Below, one piece after another: positions 53,265 to 64,000 of a DNA stretch of 64,000 nt. The notes under the pieces are model-generated. The model had not been told where the DNA came from. It saw nothing but the letters and a program-made list of their open reading frames with translations, and ran no database searches. The stretch lies in NCBI RefSeq assembly GCF_025526975.1, contig NW_026515701.1, forward strand, positions 62,001 through 126,000. The letters run 5' to 3'. Both the position numbers and the translations under genes were made by a program. The DNA comes from Fimicolochytrium jonesii. Lineage: Eukaryota. How positions within the stretch are numbered: position 1 is the first letter of the stretch; each line of letters starts with the position of its first letter.

Positions 53265-56200
53265 ATGCCAGCAATGTCGGAGAGTCCCACGCCACCAGAC
53301 ATTGACCGTTCGAGCCCGGAGAGTAAGCATTTAGAAGAGCGGCGAGGTCCCGCACGTCCCTACACTCCTCCGAACGATCCGAACTCTCCTCGCCGCGATT
53401 CTAGGGGCCGCGCCGATTTCTCGCCGTCCCTCCACATTCCGCGTCGGAATACGCATGTCATAGTGAGGCCACCCATTGTTGAAAGCTATCGAGGACGAGA
53501 CTCATCTCCAGTGAGAACTGAATATGGAGGCGATGAGGATGATACGGTATCAGTCCGGTCCGCTCTCGCCACGCGGACTCTCAAAGCAGCTCGCCCGTCT
53601 CAACGCGTCATAACGAAGTCGCAGAAGATTTCCAGTATACAGAATGTCTTTAGCGAAAGCCAGAAGATCGCGTATGTGGGGTTATGCTACCTGAGTGTGG
53701 TGCATCATCCGAAGGCAGATGTCAAGGGGTTGAAGAAGGCAAACGACAGTTACTCTACATGGGCAGACCACTTCATGGAGAAGCTTTATGTGTTTTTGGA
53801 CATCAAATCTGAAGGTACGGGCGTTGATGTTTCACTTTCTTTGGAACGGCAAATGCTGATTGTTTGTATGTTCATTAGAGCGATCAATGATCAAGAGCTT
53901 GGCAGAACATGGGTTGGTGCCGTCAGATCTCTCCAAGTCCCTGATTGACGACGCAAAGAAAGCTGCAGCTATGATCAGTGAACGCCAGGAGAAACGGCAA
54001 CGAGCAGAAGAAGAGGCGATGGAAAAAGGCCTTCCCTTCGACTTTGATGACTCCCAAGAGAATGGAGTCGACGACGCTGAGCTGACAGATATCCGCTTCA
54101 CGATCCTGACGCATTTATTCATTCTCTGCATCATGGACGGGCAGTACGATTCCCGCAGTCGCACGGTTCTGAGATCGGTGGCCCAATATTTGGAGATACC
54201 CTGGGCGGACGTTGTCCGATTGGAAGGAGCGATCGCGGATCAGTTGAGAATCTACGAGGATAGCGAAGAAGTCAAAGGAGACGTTGAAATCGTAGGGAAG
54301 AGGAATCGGGCCGATACAAAGAATCGATGGCTGTTTACCGGGATAGCTACTCTCGCTGGAGGAGCCGTTATTGGTCTGACAGCAGGTCTGGCTGCTCCTT
54401 TGATTGCTGGTGGGATTGGCGTGGCACTAGGAACGTTCGGTGTGACCGGGGCGACTGCAGCGCTGTCCACAACTGGAGCACTGGCCCTGATCACCACGGG
54501 GGGTGTCCTCACTGGCGGAGGTACGTTTGGAAACTTTCCCGCGTCGGTTGTGTCGTGCAGCAAAATGACTGAATCAGTGCAATCCAGGAATGGGAGGGGT
54601 GAAAATGATGAAACGAACAAAAGGCATCACACAGTTTGAGTTTCTTTACATCGAGGACGGTTTGCGGATGATTGAAGAGAACAAGGAGAAGCGTAGAACG
54701 GAGCGGCGGAAACGCCGACGTCGAGAAGCTCGAGAAGCTTTACATCAGAAGCTTGACCAGCAGAAAGCCGATAAGGAGCAAGCCCAAGATGCGGCGAAAG
54801 GCGAAGCTCCCGGAGAACCAAACAAAGGGGACGACGCGAAAGAAGTGTACATTTCGGAGGCATCTCGGGAAACAGAAGAAGAGCCCTTGCCGCGGTATGA
54901 GGCGATGACGCAGGAAAAGTTCGATCGTATCGGCAATTGGGTGAATACGACTTCGGATCAGCGGATGGACTCGGACTCTACCGAAACTGTCGAGACACCA
55001 AGTCGAAGTCTCCCTCCACCAATACCACGGAGGCCGACCGCTGCAGAGTTGGAGGGCGTGGCAACCGCCCGATTGAGCGTTTCCGGTCCGTCCAATCCGG
55101 CTCGAAGGTCGAGGAAAGCTTCGGCTGTTGATACATCAGCCCCAACCTCGGCGGCGGATGAGGGGAGGCATATCGCCCCAGAATGGGGCATGGAGGAAGG
55201 CTTTACGTGGCCTGACACGGAGCCAAATCCGAACGATGATCTCCATGGAGACTCCGAGCCCGCTGATCTCAGCAAGGCGGACAGCACACTTCTGTGGGAC
55301 TCTCGCAACCAACTAGTGGAAAGCGACTATGCCACCTCCACGGCGCATTCACGGAAACAGAGCTTCGATGCAGGGAGTTTGGGTGATGTGGGTACCATCG
55401 ACGAGGAAATGGCGGCGGTTATGTTCGATGACCTGCAATCGACCATTGCAGGCGATGAGGTGGACGAAGATGGACTGCGGTTCAAGGAACCTGAAGGACC
55501 CCCGAAAGCGAAACAGACCAATGTCCTCATCACCGTCGCCGGGTGGATCACATACGGTCCTGATGACCATACCCTTCCGTTCTCCACTATGGAGCGAGAT
55601 ATCGCTGGCGACCAGTACGCCTTGGCTTGGGAGACAGACACGCTTCAAGAGCTGGGAAGCGCTTTAAAGCTTCTGGTCGGCGAGGTTGCCAGTTTCCTTG
55701 TGCAGCAGGGCTTGTCTGCGACCGTCTTGTCAACGCTCATGCTGGGACTTGCTGGCCCACTGTGGGTCATGAAGCTTAGTTATCTGGTAGACAACCCGTG
55801 GGGCATAGGCTTGAGCAAAGCCAACAAGGCTGGCAAGGTATGTATCTGCCGTGGCAAGTCGTTTCGATAAGAGTCGGTCTGTACTCACCCCCCAATCATA
55901 ATCTGCAGATCTTGGCCGACACATTGATACAAGGTGTGCAGGACAATAGACCGGTCACGTTGATCGGATACTCTCTCGGCGCCAGAGTCATTTTCCACTG
56001 CCTGCTCGAACTCGCCAGCCGTGGTGCGTACGGTATCGTGGAAGAAGTGTACCTTCTCGGATGTCCCGTAATGGCACAAAAGAAGGAATGGGAACAAATA
56101 TCTTCCGTCGTCTCCGGTCGCCTTGTGAACGGATACTCTACGAACGACATGGTTCTCGGAGTTTTGTATAGAGCCAGCGTTGCTGTTTGGAACAACGTAG

Positions 56201-57309
56201 CAGGCCTACGTCCTGTTGAAGGCGTGGCGGCGGTGGAGAACATCTCACTTGATGATGTGATCCAAGGGCATCTGGATTACCGTCTTTGTATGCCGAAAGT
56301 ACTAGAGAAGCTCGGATTCCCGATAACGAAAGATTATTTCGATGACGAGGATGAGGAAGAAGAGAGAGAACGGTTAGAGCTCGAGGAAGAGCAAAAGCGG
56401 GAAAAGGAGGAGCGCCTGCGGGCCAAGGAGGAACGATTGAAGAAGAAGCAGGAAGAGTACGAAGAGAAAGTACGGAAAAAGAAGGAAGAGCAGGAACGGA
56501 AGCAGCGGGAAAGGGAAGAGCGGGACCGACTCAAACAGGAGCAGCGTGCTGCGGAGTTGGCAAGTGCTGGTAGCCAACCGCGACGGAGTTGGTTCTCGCG
56601 GAGGAGCATTCCTCCTCCTACTCCGAAGACACCTACGGAAGCGACGGATGATATCGATGAGCAGTGGACACCGAAAGAGATTCAAAGCACACTGCCGCCT
56701 CTGGTGATTACTGCTGACGAGGACCAGATGTTCGTTCCCAAGGAGATCCAAAGCACGCTCCCGCCATTGGTTATCCGCACGATCCACTTCCCCGAGGACG
56801 TGTCCGGAGCCAGTACTCCTCAAACAACGGGGGTCGATGAGCTGGCAGAGGCCCGATCGGATCTTCAAGCCGCCCAAGCGGAAGTGGACGCCGCCAAAAA
56901 GGAAGTACATCAAGCCCGACGAGCCGTGGCTGCTGCAACCCTTCTTTCCAAAACAGCGGCACAGCAACACCCGGCCGAGATTCCCAAGATCGCAACCGAC
57001 CTGGACGACGAATACCTGAAGAAAGTTTTGCTTGCGGCAGGACCCTCGAGCGCAGGTGCTGGGGACTTATTGGACTCGCATCGGGCCGAGTCTCCCGTTC
57101 TCGAAGATCCGGAATCGGCTACGCCTACAGGCGTACCACCCGTGTTGGAAGATCAGGCAGCGTGGAGGATAGGGACGCCCGATCGGGAACTATCGATCGC
57201 GTTACCTTTCACGGCTGCATCGCCTGGCGGAGCTGTTTCGAACACATCAGATGTTACGTCGTCGAATTCGGCGTTTGTGGATGCTGAGGAGAACCCTTGG
57301 TCTGGCTGA
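53265..57309 (+). CDS. TMCO4: TMCO4/Mil1 (DUF726) membrane lipase-like protein
   Basis: QKIAYVGLC, DIRFTILTHLFILCIMDGQYDSRSR, LAGGAVIGLTAGLAAPLI, YLVDNPW, RPVTLIGYSLGARVIF (GxSxG) and GHLDY. Confidence 0.93.
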
Positions 57310-57902
57310 TCTGCCAACGGAAAGAGCGCGGATGGTCGAATGCAATGCCCTTGGCCTCGTGTCAAGCAGCCCATCAGTGCCGCGCAGTGGTGTGTTGGAG
57401 GAACCCAAGAACCACAAATCTGGAATCTCCGCGGTCGCATCCTCTCGCAATCCCAGCACACATTCGAAGATACCTAACCTTAGACAGAAGCTGTATTTCT
57501 CCCCTCACAACCCTTTACCTCCCCTGCGTACCTGACTCCACTGATAGCTAGTTCTAGGCTGTTATCGTGTTACATAGAGAATCGTTACATGTATTGTGTC
57601 TTATTGTTTCTCCGTAGACAGCGCACATCGACTCGTCAGCCCGAGGAGGAAATGAGCGAGGTCGCGCTGTCAGAACCCGGCAATATTGGAAGTCCGCCCA
57701 CCCATGCAATTGCCAAAGCTCAGTCTCGGATTCCTCGACACCATGTGGGCTTTGTACGTTGTCCCATTCATGCTGTCGAAGACTTTTCGAACTACGTGGG
57801 CTTCTTTACCACTTTTCAATATCGCCCATACTTAGGTTACAGAAAACATGTGAAATGTCGGGCTACGGAAGCTACGCTAAAGAGTTGTCTATAATCTATT
57901 GT

Positions 57903-60900
57903 TCACCGCTGCTTGTCTCGATTAGTAAAGACCATAAGCAAGAAAGCAATCACGCGGGAAGCGGCGCCGAGGATGAAAATCATGGCACAATCGAACCCGA
58001 ACCGCTCTAATGTGAAACCTTGCACGGCCGCGGAGGCTTCGATTTCGTATATGCCCTTGAAGGGGGCGGTGTACTCGTGATACAGCGCTTCGGCCCCCCA
58101 TCGATTGTAGGATATATCCTGTTATTTCGAGTGACAGACGACTGATCAGGTGGTCTTTCTCAGCTTTGCATTATGTGTCTGACTTGCAACTCACCCAGAT
58201 GAAGACTATATGCCAGCTCCGAGCTTCCTTCAACGAAGGCCCAAAGCCGCAGAAGATAGCCGCGAAGAGGCATGTCACGACCGCCATTAGGTTTGCATTC
58301 TTCCGATCGACGATCATACTTACGATCGCCGCCAGGCCGTAGACGCCATAGAACTCGAGGAAGATGATGGCGTACTGTCGTCCGAATGGCGACTGAGGCT
58401 TTGCGAGGAGAACAAAGAGTGATGTGAAGTGGAGCGCGGCAAAGACGAACCGGTACACTGCTGCGATGGTTTTGCCGATGTAGTAGGAGCCGATGTTGTG
58501 CCCTGACGCCGCTTCCCGCCAGTAGACCGGCCTCTCTTCTGCAAATACTTTGACTCCCGCGGGTGCGCCCTGTCCGTATAGAAAAACGTGATTTGATCAG
58601 TCACCGGTCTTGACACTTTGATGCCCACCGAGATCACATGAGACATACAGCTAACGACACAATGATCCCAATGAGAAGCCCAGCGAGAGGAACAAACCAC
58701 ATCAAGGGCGCGGGTGATATATAGGAGTAGGGGCTAACATATACTCCTTCGTACATCTGCTTTCCCCCGGTTGCGAGTCCTGTTGCCAAATTTTCGTTGT
58801 TTAGCACAATCGTGAAACATCCAAGATAGAGAGCAACTTCCAGCGGAAAGCGTCCTACCCATCAACGCGCCACAAAACGTGCCACTTCCAATCTCCAATG
58901 CTAGTGAACTCAGCGTTCTGTACTGCTGCAACAGACTTCGATTGTGACAATGCCACAACTGGCTGTACCACGTCCCACCGCGGCCTTTAACCAATTCAGG
59001 AATCGCATTATGGAACTCCTCGTCGAGGGAGCTGCTCTCCACAACCTGCGGAGCGGCACTCGACGGAGATGTATGCTGTTCCCAAGCATGTACCAAGTCC
59101 GCCGGCGTCAGGATCCGTTCCTTGTTGATGCCGCTACCAGCAAGGATGTCCATGAGCAGGTCGGCCGGATTGCATCGTTTATCGAACTCGAATCCCATTG
59201 CTTCGAAATAAGGCTGTGCTTCAGAACTCGGGCCCATGTACGCGGTCTTTCCGCCGGGAACAAGCAATATGATGTCGTCGAACGCTCGGAAGATCTCGTA
59301 ACGAGGTTGATGTATAACCGAAACGATGGTGAGACCTAGACCTGCTACGTCTTTGAGGTTTTGGCATACTGACAGTGCTGATGTCGAGTCCAGGCCACTG
59401 GTCGGCTCATCCAGGAATAGCGTGATGGGGACACCTGCGAGCTCGATGCCTATGTTGACCCTCTTCCGTTGCCCCCCACTGATTCCCCGCGTTGTCTCGT
59501 CTCCTATCGGCGAGTGCGCAACATGCGATAAGTTCAAGGCCGCTATCACGGCGTCCGTGTAGTCTTCGACTTCTTTGGCCGTCCATGAAGCAGGCAGCTT
59601 GACACGCGCGGCATGATGGATGTTCTCCTTCACGGTCAGTTCCCGGTGCATGATATCCTCCTGTTGAGACCGTATCGGTAAGATTGGAGACGGATGGTAA
59701 CCGTATGATGCGTTCATACCTGCGGCACATAACCTATGATTTTCTTGAACTTGTGCATCTCACTTTCTTTGTTGTTGATGTACAATGTTCCGTTCGTTCG
59801 AGGCACTTTGCCCATCAGCACCTGGAGGTGATGTCAATAAGGGAGAAACGAAGTCGGTAACCAGAATGCACAAACTGGAGAACTGAAACGTACGTTCATG
59901 AAGGTTGTCTTGCCTGCCCCACTCGGTCCCATGATGGCGGTCAGTCGCCCAGCTTTGATCTCCCCATTCACGCCCTCCAGGATAGACTTTCCGCTCTTCA
60001 GTTTCAGTCCCAAGCTATGAAACCTGAAATCCATTTGCAAGGGTCTCCGGCCAAGCGCACGCTGAAACGCTTGGACCAGATGGCTACTGCGTGGAGCTCC
60101 CCCAGGACCGGTGGTCAAGGGTTTCGTGACGCCTACTTCAACGTCCTTCCCCGACTCCATCAGCATCCCAAAGTTCTGAGAACCCCAGCGTTTAGTATTC
60201 TTTGTGTCGATAACCACTTCTCGTGACGCCTGTGGAGTTGACCCCGGCTTGGATGATAAGGCTTTACTCTGTAAGCGATGCACTTGGTATAAGGTTGTAC
60301 TTGTGCCGGCGAGGCTTTGTGAGTGTCTTACCGAAGAAGATGGGGTCACTATCGCATCCATCCGTGATCTACGCTCCTTCCGGCTTTGAGCCCAAACAAA
60401 AGCGAAAAACAGCGCATCCAGCACAAGACAGATGACCAGGCCTCCGAAGTAAGCGGGTGTCTGGGTTCCCTCTGGGCATCCTGAGAGTGGCTGACACTTG
60501 ATAGGCTTCACAGTCCCTGTGGGACTAACAGAATGCAATGAGTGCAGTATATCAGTACAAGTACCCATCCGGAATGATGTCCTATAGACAGGAACACTTA
60601 CCAATAGTAGCCTTGTGGACATATAAGCAGGGTGTTTTGGTCCGGACAATACGAACCGCCTGGGCAGCCCAGCGGCTCATAATCTCCTTGAGGCTGAATG
60701 AGGAGTCATTCGCAGAACCAGGTTAGTCAATAGACTGCTTCGTCGGTTTCTTCCGAGGTGATTGATGAAATAACAGCCTACCTCGCAGGCCCAGCCCAGG
60801 AGGCGGTCTCCAACGCAGCTTGGGGACGGTGTGCAATACTGCGGGGGGCGATTATCGACCGTTGAGTTTGGGCAAAAGAAGCCCGGAGAGCATACGGAGT

Positions 60901-60925
60901 CCGCCTGAAGATCGATACACGGCAT
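57903..60925 (-). CDS. ABCG half transporter with Cys-rich N-terminal domain
   Basis: CSPGFFCP.., CPEG and a TM, then AIMGPSGAGKTT, GYVPQEDIMHRELTV, GISGGQRKRVNIG, FLDEPTSGLDS, VIHQPR and an ABC2-type membrane domain ending NRDKQR*. The start codon is uncertain. Confidence 0.9.
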
Positions 60926-62723
60926 CGCAGAATTGATGAAACCGCCGTTATCGAAGAGCAAGTTGGCCAAAAAAGGAGGTCAGGAACGAGACCTGGCTTC
61001 AACAGCTTTTGTAGTCTCAACGTCACAGCGCTCCGAGAGACAGGAACTTGATCCAAACCAGGCACAATCAACGCCACTCTCGGACAGAGTTTTGGAGGTT
61101 CTTTCGTAAACGAGATGTTTATTCAGAGCGATTCGACGGCGAAAAAAGAGAAGCTTATGTGGAATAAAGCCTTGCAACGCGAACAAACCAGGAATAGAAG
61201 GCAGGGAGGAGCCTTGTTGCTAGAGAGTATCCCATCATGACAGCATCGATGAACGAGCAGAGCTGCGTTCACCTTGAGCAAGAAAACCTACCCCCCTTAC
61301 TCCGCGGTCCGCGGCCGTCATCTTGGCCATTTTCCAGGCATTTCCAGCCGAGATTGCGCGTTCTTTGTTCGGAAGGAGCCGGGGGCAGGAAGAACAAGTA
61401 GTCCACGGCGTCTTTGCTACATGGTCGTCGGTAAAGGGACTGACCTCAAAAAAGGTGAGGGATGGTTGTCCTGCAAGCTGCTCCAGCAGCGCCGCGGAGG
61501 GCAGAACTCAGAAAGCAAAAGTCCACGCGATAGAACCACGGACTGCGCACAGTTAGCGAACCCGCGGTTCCGGGTTCAGAAATCTATGCTTACACACATG
61601 GAGCGATAAACATTCTGCCCAGGACCCACTCGCCATTCGCGTGAACCACTGAAACTAATCTCCTACAGTCGTTAATTTCCCATTCATTCCTTTGCTGCTG
61701 TTTGACTCATTTTTCTATATCTTCATCGTCGCTAGGAGCGGCTTTTGATGAAGAAGATGAGAGAGATGGAGGTCGCGGATCTATAGACGCCGCGGTGTTT
61801 TAAATGCGGCAGCAGTCAGGGCGACACGGAGGTCGCAAAGTGTTGAAACTGTCCAAGTTCCTTCTGCGAAACGTGCCGAGCGGCGGGCTCCCTGGCATCA
61901 CACATGTGTCTGTGGTAGTATGGCGGTGACCGTCATAGCAGCACTCAAAGGCGTCTGGAAAGACTTTGATCACCCTCTCTCGTTCTCTCTTGCTTAATTT
62001 CTTCACATTTGTCTGTACGCGATATTCATTCTCCTCCGTTGGCATCTGATGTTCCTCCCCAGACGTTGACTGACTTGTTGGATGTTCACACCAATTGGAT
62101 GCGCATTTCTATGTCCAGTTCAGAGACGGTTGCTTTGATCGAGGGCGATGCTTGCTTCTCGACCATCCAAGCACCTGTCTTTCGACAACACTCAAAAACG
62201 ATTCTACCAAGAGCCGAACCTGGACCATTGGGCCATAGAACCCAAAATGTCTGCATGTCTTGTTGTATGCATCTGGTCGTTCAGAACCATGTCCTAGAAA
62301 CGGAAAGTGTAAGGAAAAGGCGACTTCTGTGCTGTTTGTTCTGGACGCGTTCACTCCATGCGTTGAGCTACATTTCACCCCGGGGCGCCTGCCGGACACG
62401 CCTGCGTCCGAACCTGAAATGCGTAAAGTCTCGCTTGCGGTCAGCGTTTCTGTCTATATACTGTACAATATGGTACATATCTGGCGCTAGGGGCGAAAAG
62501 CAACATTCTCTATCAGAGGGGCTCAAGCTTTCTTATTCAGGGTGCCATAGTTGTGGATCCGACAGCCAGTCCCCTGACGACTACGAGCTTAAACGCTAAC
62601 GTCCGAACCATCTCCGACGATCTCTGGCATCGCGTGTCTGAGGAGACGGCCCATTCCCACAATACCCGGGGTCCTGAACGCTGTCAAGTACATCACGTCC
62701 ATCGAGGACGGAGAAGAGGACCG

Positions 62724-64000
62724 ATGAAGGCGCAACGGGTCCTCGTCACCACAACCAACAGGCCAAGCGATCCTACCACACGCGCACCCACCCGCAACCA
62801 ACAAGCACTCAAAGTGGTGGTTCGTGTCCGCCCCCCGAAAAACGCAAATTGCGAGCTCGCCGCAACAGTCGAAGAAAACAGCAAAGCCGGGAAGGCACGG
62901 ATCGTCATACCAAAGCCGTTCCACGACAATGGAACAAAAGCCTATAGCTTTGACAAAGTCTACGGGCCGAAAGCGGGACAAGCCGACGTATTTGTCGAAG
63001 TGGAGAACTTGCTGAAGGATGTCTTTGATGGAAAGAATGCGACGGTGTTCGCATATGGGCAGACTGGGAGCGGGAAGACGCATACTATGAACGCCTACTC
63101 GATGACAGGGAGCATGAATAACCCAACGATCACGATTGTGCGGGAGGACGCGGGGATAACATACCGGGCGGTGGACTGGATATTCGATCATATCCAGCGG
63201 CATGAACTGAATGCGAGGGTGTGTGCGTCGTTTTTGGAGATATACAATGATGAGGTGTACGACCTGTTGCCGCGGTCGGCGGCGACTGGCGAATTGCGCA
63301 AGCTGAGGCTGATGACCGCAGGGCGAAAAGTTACGGTGCAAGGACTGTCTGAAGAAGTCGTTGCCGATTCCGCCGCCTTCGAGAAGCTGTTCGTGGTAGC
63401 ATTACTGCATCGCACAACAGCGGGAACGAAACTCAATGTGTTATCTTCACGGTCGCATTTCATGGTGCAACTGACAATTCGGATAGCTGGCGAGCACAAA
63501 GATCTTACTTCGAAATTGGCGCTGATTGACTTAGCTGGCTCTGAGGACAATCGCTACACGGGGAATGAGGGGGAGCGCTTCGAAGAGAGCAGACACATTA
63601 ATGCGTCGTTATTTGCAATACGAAATGTGGTTTCGGCGTTGAAGGATAGCAAAGCGCAAATCCCATATCGAAACTCGAAAATCACGCAGTTACTGTGCGA
63701 TTCCCTCGGCGGGACGGCGAGCTCTCTGGCGGTAGTTTGCTGTGCGCCAGAGCTGGATAATTTGCACCCGACGCACAACTCACTTGAGTTTGCAAAGGAC
63801 TGCTGCTTCATAAAGAACTGCGTGGAAGTCAACGAGGTGCGGCGGAAACCGCGAATCAGCGACAACACCGAGAAGGAGATGCGGGTCCCAGAAGCTATTA
63901 CAACCTCTGAACGGCGTCCATCAAGAGACAACAAGGAGAATGAGAGTAGCGAGCAGAAAGTGTCTCTGAAGGACGTTGAGAAGCTGTTCAGACCGATGAT
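62724..64000 (+). CDS. Kinesin motor protein, kinesin-10 (KIF22-like); runs off the window end
   Basis: VVVRVRP, YSFDKVY, FAYGQTGSGKTHTM, SFLEIYNDEVYDLL, SSRSH, IDLAGSEDNR and IPYRNSKIT. It is absent from the ORF track because there is no stop in the window. It may extend upstream via an in-frame exon from 62541 and ATG 62419. Confidence 0.93.
   Translation, partial: MKAQRVLVTTTNRPSDPTTRAPTRNQQALKVVVRVRPPKNANCELAATVEENSKAGKARIVIPKPFHDNGTKAYSFDKVYGPKAGQADVFVEVENLLKDVFDGKNATVFAYGQTGSGKTHTMNAYSMTGSMNNPTITIVREDAGITYRAVDWIFDHIQRHELNARVCASFLEIYNDEVYDLLPRSAATGELRKLRLMTAGRKVTVQGLSEEVVADSAAFEKLFVVALLHRTTAGTKLNVLSSRSHFMVQLTIRIAGEHKDLTSKLALIDLAGSEDNRYTGNEGERFEESRHINASLFAIRNVVSALKDSKAQIPYRNSKITQLLCDSLGGTASSLAVVCCAPELDNLHPTHNSLEFAKDCCFIKNCVEVNEVRRKPRISDNTEKEMRVPEAITTSERRPSRDNKENESSEQKVSLKDVEKLFRPM

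Noticed and set aside
62589..63934. Minus-strand ORFs of 250, 120 and 126 aa
   Set aside because: Antisense to the clear kinesin reading frame.

Overview
Eukaryotic, intron-rich, gene-dense fungal DNA. Short GT-AG introns plus a ciliary gene (ARMC9) point to a zoosporic fungus, most likely a chytrid (inference). About 25 spliced protein-coding genes can be supported. Housekeeping genes: SLY1, ABCD4-like, TMEM170, TAP42, EMC1, TBCB, ARMC9, SER3/PHGDH, GPN1, eIF4E, FLX1-type carrier, UNC-45, PPP4R2, DnaJ-X, UMP-CMP kinase, TMCO4, ABCG and a kinesin-10. Secreted proteins: a fasciclin, a GH15 glucoamylase and a pepsin. There are also two probable pseudogenes and orphan ORFs. No tRNA, rRNA, CRISPR or intact transposon was recognised. 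The best candidates for new biology are (1) an unusually long, strongly base-paired first intron in SER3 that holds a cryptic poison 5' splice site, a candidate riboswitch-like splicing regulator; (2) a decaying, giant-virus-like SF2 helicase carrying a SIM and a 13-aa SUMO-site array; (3) a glucoamylase with two trefoil domains instead of a starch-binding CBM; and (4) a mitochondrial, membrane-anchored UMP-CMP kinase with a long LEA-like 29-aa repeat stalk. Gene boundaries were read by eye and internal splice sites are approximate. Family assignments come from recalled motifs, not database searches.
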